Assembly (NCBI GenBank): GCA_963693365.1
Contig: CAVNZM010000011.1
Coordinates: forward strand, 744,001 to 808,000
Direction of reading: 5' to 3'
Length of the DNA stretch: 64,000 nt
From: Amoebidium appalachense
Lineage: Eukaryota; Protista; Ichthyosporea
The notes under the pieces: generated by a model
The model's database searches: none
The model's input: only the letters and a program-made list of their open reading frames with translations
What the model was told of the DNA's origin: nothing
Translations under genes and position numbers: made by a program
Shown here: in pieces, positions 56,973 through 64,000 of the stretch
Position numbering within the stretch: position 1 is the first letter of the stretch
How the letters are laid out: every line of letters starts with the position of its first letter

Positions 56973-58363
56973 CTTTATTGATATGCTCATGAAAGAGAAG
57001 CAAGCCGGAGATATCATAGATATCTCAGAGAAGAAAATACAAAAACCCCTACTCACGGATACGGAGGAGATAACGACTCAAAAAGAAAAATAATCATACA
57101 CCCTAGAAAACTCGTTAAACACACTTTCGAATATGGACTTCCGCTATCGCGAGGCGGCCGTGGCGCTGAAAGAGTTCGACGATTTTCAGGGTACTGCGCT
57201 GCGCACTTTGTTTCGTACTCGGTTTGAGTATGTTTGGATTGTCGTCTGCTGTTTGTCGTATGGAGGAATTGTCTCTTCGTTTTTGTTCTCATTTAGTTGG
57301 GATACCTGATGGTCACCCTCTTTATGCTTTCTTTCCCCCCCTCCCTCCATCCCTCTTCCCCCGATTCACCAACGCCACTTTCGCGAATGTCCTCAGCCTA
57401 CCCTCCTTCAACCCAATTCTTCCTCTCGCTATCTCACTCCCTCTTTCTTTTCTCTTCCTGTTTTTTCTGCCTTTTCGAGTTATAAATTTCTTTCTCGTTC
57501 TGATAGAGAAATCAAAGGTAAAACTCAGTCGGCATGTTTTGTGTTCCTTAGGCAACACCGTACTGATCATTATCGCTTTTTGGGAGCTTTGGCAGGATAC
57601 ATATCTCCTGCTGTACGTATGGATACCACCCTAGTAGATAAGTCTGTATGGTGCTCTGATGTTGATATTGCCTGGGAAGTTGTGCAGTGGCGTTGTAATT
57701 CTTGTTTCCATCGCCGCTGGTGCCACTTTTGTGCTGAACTCTTTAATCGCAAGCATGCATATGTTGATAGGTGTGAGTTTTTATGTCGCGTTTTACCTCT
57801 TTCCCTACGGGTGTCTGCTACACTGGCTGGCAATGTGAACACTTTAGACTTTTTGTTGAATCCTGTTGGTCGTCACATTGAGTATTATATGATTTTCACA
57901 CAGTGTTCAGGTATCTCAGTATGCACTTGTTACTGGATAACTCGTGAAGTTTTTATTGTCTTCTCAGTATGCTGTGCATACTTGCATATCTTTCCGTCGA
58001 ATAAATCCAGTCAAAAGGGGAAAAAAAAAACATACGGTGGTTTAACAGATAGTCAATAGAAGTAATATCAGGATTATCTAAGTAAGCGAGTCTTCGAATT
58101 TCTAACGGAAGAATCTGAGATAAATAAATACATTTATCTAGATGTTTGCGAGAAAAAGGTTCTGCACAAAAGTGACACAAACATTTATGGAAACTCGGGT
58201 TACAACGCCAAAATAAACATTTCCAAGCAATATCACACGAAGGGGTTAGAATGGCAAAATCGGCAAGTGTGGTAGGTTTACGAGAGGAAGGATGAATATA
58301 AGTAGCTAATATACATAACGATTGTAGAGAAAATAGATGAGTCTCTAATATAAAAAGAAGCAC
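56973..58363. mobile_element. Cluster of two oppositely oriented non-LTR retrotransposon C-terminal remnants plus 3' UTR
   Basis: + strand 57120-57870: FEYGL, then WRCN..CHFCAELFNRKH..C..TLDFLLN. - strand 58363-58030: WRCN..CHFCAEPFSRKH..C..SIDYLLN. These resemble post-RT thumb and CCHC regions. No RT core (YADD) is visible. Confidence 0.6.
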
Positions 58364-58647
58364 AGGCTCAAGAGTCCTACTTATGATTTCACCACTAATG
58401 AGTTCTCTTTGTGAACAAGATTAAAAAAACCGCGCAGAATCATTTACTGTAGGTACATAACAGGGGCTGTGTCGTCTATGTCCCTGCAGTTCTGCAAAAG
58501 CGTTCTGCACCTTTTGCTCAGACCGTTTGCATGCATCTGCTTTCGAATGATTGGTTTTGCGGGCAAGGGGCACAACAACAGCGCCATGAACAACATATTC
58601 CCTGCCCACAATTCTACGAATCCACTGCCTTAACTACAGCTACATAC

Positions 58648-59300
58648 GCAGAGGTGGAAGGGTCTCTCGTCCCACAGGCATACCTAAAAAGGATGGACGA
58701 GGGGAGTGGGTTCCACTGACGCCCCTTAACCACGGCTGCTCAAAAGCAGAGGTGGAAGGGTCTCTCATCCCCCGGGCATACCTCAAAAGGTAGGACGAGG
58801 GGAGAGGGCTCCACTGACGCCCCTTAACCACGGCTGCTCAAAAGCAGCGGTGGAAGGGTCTCTCATCCCCCGGGCATACCTCAAAAGGTAGGACGAGGGG
58901 AGAGGGCTCCACTGATCACGCCCCTTAACCACGGCTGCTCAAAAGCAGAGGTGGAAGGGCCTCTCATCCCCCGGGCATACCTCAAAAGGTAGGACGAGGG
59001 GAGAGGGCTCCACTGACGCCCCTTAACCACGGCTGCTCAAAAGCAGAGGTGGAAGGGTCTCTCATCCCCCGGGCATACCTCAAAAGGTAGGACGAGGGGA
59101 GAGGGCTCCACTGACACCCCTTAACCACGGCTGCTCAAAAGCAGAGCCTGGAAGGGTCTCTCATCCCCCGGGCATACCTCAAAAGGTAGGACGAGGGGGG
59201 AGGGCTCCACTGAAGCCCCTTAACCACGGCTGCTCAAAAGCAGCGGTGGAAGGGTCTCTCATCCCCCAGGATACCTCAAAAGGTAGGACGAGGGGAGAGA
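58648..59300. repeat. 98-bp tandem array (~6.7 copies) with internal hairpins
   Basis: Unit GCAGAGGTGGAAGGGTCTCTCATCCCCCGGGCATACCTCAAAAGGTAGGACGAGGGGAGAGGGCTCCACTGACGCCCCTTAACCACGGCTGCTCAAAA; starts at 58648, 58746, 58844 and so on. Confidence 0.95.
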
Positions 59301-59344
59301 CTGCCCCTTTATACAGACAAATAGATCCTCTCAGATAGCGCTGT

Positions 59345-59982
59345 GATGACGCAATCGGATCCACCGAACTTCGTCGAGACAGGCGGAGGGTCAAGGCGGC
59401 AACATATAAGACTCAAGCATGCATGCACAGCGCAACCTACTTTCTTCTGCCCCTGTAGCGAAATCAATTAATCAATGGCCTTCTCATTTGACGGAGTCAA
59501 AATGCACAACAGATGAACGGCATGTGCTTGTGTGACGGTATGTGTATCGAGGGGGGGGGAAGGGAGGGGGGGGGGAGGGGGAGGGGGGGGGTGGGGGGGG
59601 GGAGGGAGGCAGAGAGAGAATCACCGAGAAACGGGACCCAAGGGAGCTTCCGAGAGCCCGAAGAGAGAGAGAGAGCGACTGGTTTTTTTTTTTTGGCCCA
59701 GGGGGGAAGGGGGGGGGGGGGGGGGGGGGGAGTTTCGACAACACAATGGAACGTAGATCCTCACTCATTTCTCCGACTTTATTGAACTCCCTGATTCATT
59801 TAGTCAGCGAAATGATTTAGAATCATGGAGAGGGGCTATTCCGGCTAACACCGATGGTTTGTGCCTCCAGCCATGGCCGATGTGGTGCTTCTGTGCGATG
59901 ATGCATACCCGGCACACAGGATCGTGACAATGGAAAAGGTACGCATCCTGCCCCCCCCCCCCCCCCCCTCCCCCCCCCTTCT

Positions 59983-60071
<89 letters not shown>

Positions 60072-60244
60072 AGTGCCCCCCCCCCTCCAAATAGGTCGAA
60101 ACTCGGGTACTGTGGATGACGTGAGCCCCTTTTGAGGATGGGCTCTGCTTATTGTGCATACTCTTTATGTATGGCTTGCATTCTGCATCGTGTTATCTGT
60201 TTGTTCTTGTGTACTTCGTACTTTTTTGACGCATTCAAACCCCT

Positions 60245-60287
<43 letters not shown>

Positions 60288-62514
60288 ACATACACAGACA
60301 CCGTTTGAAAAACAAAACAGCTCTTGGAGTAGGTGGTAGTAACCATTTTTGTTTAGAAGAATGTGGAAAGATTGAGATATGGCTGGCTTCCTTATGATGC
60401 GCATTTTGCAACAAAGCACCTGCAGATCCCAATGCTCTTCTTACCTCGGCTGTATTAAATAATGCTCATAGCTGTTGGTTTTGCGCCTACACTGAACCTC
60501 GCCTGTACTTCAGCCTCATGTCCATTCCTCTTCCCTCCCCCCCCCCCTCCCCCCTCCCCCCCATCCCTCCATCTTGCTTCCTCCCCTCCCCCCACCTCCC
60601 CCCCCCCCCCCCCCCCTGCCTACCCTCCTTCTCCCCCCCCCCCCCCAGAGTCCCCCCAACCTCTCTCTCTCCTCTCTCTCGCCCTCTCTCTTTCCCCCTC
60701 CCCCCCACCCCACCCCCACACATACACACATACACACATGCACACATACATATACACACATATCCCCCGCACACACACACACACACACACGCACAGGCCA
60801 TACTCAAGCGCATTGCCCCCCCCCCCCCCCCCCCCCCCTCTTCAAATGTACACACACACCCGCACTGCTCTAGCCCGTAAGACCATCACATCTGGAAGAA
60901 CGGGTGTGCCTTTAACTCAACCCCCCCCCCCCCCCCCCCCCCCCCACACACACACACATACACAAGCATTCCAGTAACCCCCCCCCCCTCTCCCCTCTTC
61001 ACATTTACACACACACACACACACACCATTCTAGCCAACAAGACCATCACATTCACATCAGGAAGAACGGGTGTGCCTTTTTCAACCTCCCCCCCCCCCC
61101 TCCCCCCCCCCCCCCACCCAACCAAACCCTCCTCATACACACACAAGCACATTTTTTTATTCAATGATCCCGTTTCACCCCTTGAGCTTACCGTCACGGG
61201 GGCTACCGTCTTCCACTCAGCACCGAGTGTGCCCTGCTAGTAGTTATATTGCTGTAGTTCCATTAGAACACTAAGACACCACTAATCAACCTAACTACTT
61301 GTACAAACTGAGCCCGGGGAACTTGCGCCAGCCTTGCTAGTAGGGAACACACACAAGCACACACATGCCCACATTCCAATAACCCCCCGCCCTCCCCCCC
61401 CCCCCCCCACCTCCCTCCCCCCTCCCCCCTCCCCTCCCCCCACAAAGAAACCCCCCTGCAGGAGGCCCTATTTGACTACTTGCAGAGTGTTGGCCGGGGC
61501 CAGTTCAAGGCGCTGCACAACAAATATGCTGCCAGGTGGGTGCTATGGACATCATACACGGGTTAGTTCTGCAGATCGGGGAGAGGGGTGGTGGTGGTGT
61601 TTGGGGGGGGGGGGGGGAGGGGGGGGCGATTTAGACGTGTACGGTTTTTATGGGGCTTCTATCTGTGCATGCTTGCTGCATGCAGCCGGCAGCTGAGGTG
61701 GAGAAGGCCGTAGGGCAAAAGGCATGTCTGTGCGCTGGTGGTGGTGGTGGTGGGTGGTTGGAATGTGTGTGTGGAGAAGGGGGGGAGGGGGGGGAGTGAT
61801 ATGGTGGGGGGTTTGGGAAGAGGGTGTCATATGGCTGTGTTTGTGGGTGGGATATCCGGATGCAGTACGTGTCCACTGTGTAAAGGGTAGAATGCAAGTG
61901 CAGATCTGCATGAGAGAAGATGTGCAACGAAAGACAAATTGCCGTGCAGTACATACGCAGAAAGGAACACAAACACACACACACACACAGAGCACACTGG
62001 AAGCTATCATATTAAAGGTGTGTGTGTGTATGCGTGTGCCGTCATGTGATATGTGTGTGTGTGTAGAGGGGGGGGGGGGGGGGGGGAGGATATGTCGGAG
62101 CACACACACTCAGCATACTCCTGTGGTTAGCAATGTGGATTTATTAATAAGTCATAGAGTTAATCGGTTCATGGTAGTGGGTTGTGGTCGTTTCTTGCTT
62201 CTTCTCTTGGACAGACAACACCTCACCTGGAATGGTGGACGCACGTAATTACGTATATAAACTGAAAATTTGTGCATGGGCCAAAGAGAAATATAAACCA
62301 ACAAGATAAAGAGGCCCCTACTCATAGCCCAATGCTGGGAATGTTATTCGCATGAGAACGAAATGGGCAAGCCCCCCCCCCCCCCCCCCCCAAAAAAAAA
62401 AAAAACAAAAACAAAAAAAAAACAGGTGCACCACCACCACCACCACACGCACGCACACACGCACACACACTGACACAAACACACACACACACACACGCAC
62501 ACGCACACGCACAC

Positions 62515-62545
<31 letters not shown>

Positions 62546-63486
62546 AGCACACACATACGTACCTCCGAGAACCCATCATCCATGGCCACATCCAGAGGGC
62601 GCATTTACTGAAATTTAGCCGGGTGTGGCTTGGAAAGAAAGTTAATGACTGTATGGGTGGATGGGCGGTGATAAAGGGATCGGTGGGTGGGTACCGGGGG
62701 AAAGGGGGAGGGGGGAGGGGGGAGTGAGTGGGTAGGAAGCAGGGCAAGGGGGAAGAGGAGAGGGGGGGAGGGGGGAGAGCGGTTTGTGGATCAGCTAGCG
62801 CGTAAGTGCCGAGGTGTTGCTGGGTGTTTGGAAAGACGGGAAGGGAAGGGTTATGGTGCGGAAGGGAAAAAAAAAGGGGGGGGGGGGGGGGGAGGGGAGG
62901 TTAAATGAGTGCATAAACCTGTGCCGCCTATCTTTTTGCAGCTGACAACCCTCTCCCTGCCCCCAAATTCTTCAAGCTCCCGCTTCCAACTTTCCCCCTC
63001 TCATGCACCCAAATAATGTATATGGGGTCAACCCCCCCCCCCCCCCCCCCCCTTTCCCCCCCCCCCCCCCCCCCCCCCCCCCGTCCTGGCCCCCACTTTT
63101 TTCTTCCCCCAAAGCTTACCCTCACCCTTTCCTCCCCTGCCCTGCTGTCCCCCCCTCCACCTTCGTTTGCAGCTGTTTCACTCTGTTCCCAACTATCTAC
63201 CCCCTTGTCTGACAATTGCCTTTTTTTTGGCAGGTACGCCTTCTATATTCGGCAATTGACGAGATCACAGTAGAGGGCACGCAACTGCCACCCGATTTTG
63301 CCGCTGTTACAGGTAAACCCCCCCCCCCCCCCCCCCTCCTTCTCTCTCTCCCCTCCTCCCCCCTCCCTCCCCCCCGGGGCCTTTCCCTGATAAGTTGCTT
63401 ATTCTAAATTTTCCTTCCGTCAGACTGGGAAAAACAACCGCTTCACTTTCTCTGCCTTTCGTTCCTCTTGCCGTTGCACCGCCCTC

Positions 63487-63526
<40 letters not shown>

Positions 63527-63953
63527 ATCATTTCCAAAGCCGCACCCACACCTCCTTCACCGTCATCGCCACTGCCATTACTCGGCATCTGGTGTCCAGT
63601 GATGCCTTCCTTCTTCCATGACCAAAGAATCTCAGCCCCAATCCCCCCCCCCCCCCCCCCCCATCCCCGTCCTCCCCCCCGCCCCCCTCCCTCTCTGTCT
63701 CTCTCCTTCCCCCCCCCCCCCCCCTCCCCTCCCCCTACCCCGCCCCCGGGCGCCCGACTGCTTGTCTCCCACGTGACTCTCCGCCCCCTCTACTTTGTGC
63801 AAACAACCCAAATACTGCTTTCATTGGCCGACTTTGAGCCAATAGAACCACGCAGGTTGGTGGTTGCCAGGCACCCCGTCCAATCAGATGACGTCTTTTT
63901 GCGTGGCAAAACAACCCAGCGTGTCGTCTACACAACTGCTGCAAACGAAGCAG
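59345..63953 (+). CDS. Partial class IV aminotransferase/4-amino-4-deoxychorismate lyase-like gene, possibly degenerate at the 5' end, running off the window. Exons include 59871-59938, 63234-63312, about 63830-63953
   Basis: EK/VRLLYSAIDEITVEGTQLPP and LVVARHPVQSDDVFLRGKTTQRVVY resemble the VRLL and (H)KTTxRxxY motifs of PabC/Abz2-like proteins. Frame-broken NFVET and MHSATYF pieces at 59345-59445. Confidence 0.5.
60090..60239 (+). mobile_element. Poly(C)-associated repeat, subfamily 1, truncated
   Basis: Reverse complement of about 15471-15619; C runs on both sides. Confidence 0.85.
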
Positions 63954-64000
63954 GTGGGTAGTATCCCCCCCCCCCCCCCCCCCCTTTCCCCCCGGGTACT

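Noticed and set aside
58648-59300. CRISPR array
   Set aside because: The whole unit repeats with no unique spacers, there are no cas genes, and the context is eukaryotic.

Overview
This is an intron-dense eukaryotic genomic window; a unicellular holozoan-like source is an inference from the 2xEH/5xSH3 intersectin. Introns are filled with poly(G)/poly(C), (CA)n/(GT)n and minisatellites, so most ORFs in the supplied track are artefacts. Genes reconstructed by eye: (1) the 3' part of the RNA polymerase III largest subunit (RPC1/POLR3A, +), whose last intron is a U12-type AT-AC intron; (2) a short-form intersectin (-); (3) an intronless small heat-shock protein head-to-head with it; (4) a disrupted class C GPCR with a solute-binding-protein-like ectodomain (-); (5) mitochondrial acyl carrier protein (-); (6) a spliced Dada-like DDE transposase with an inserted DEDDy exonuclease (+); (7) non-LTR retrotransposon remnants; (8) a 98-bp double-hairpin tandem array; (9) fragments of a class IV aminotransferase/ADC-lyase-like gene. 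The most novel-looking signal is a dispersed non-coding element, with 7 copies plus a fragment. It sits in G/C homopolymer tracts, has one fixed end abutting poly(C) and a variable other end, and is always sense to the host gene. It folds into a pseudoknotted RNA supported by compensatory changes and strand-specific G-U pairs. Coordinates were read by hand and may be off by a few bases.
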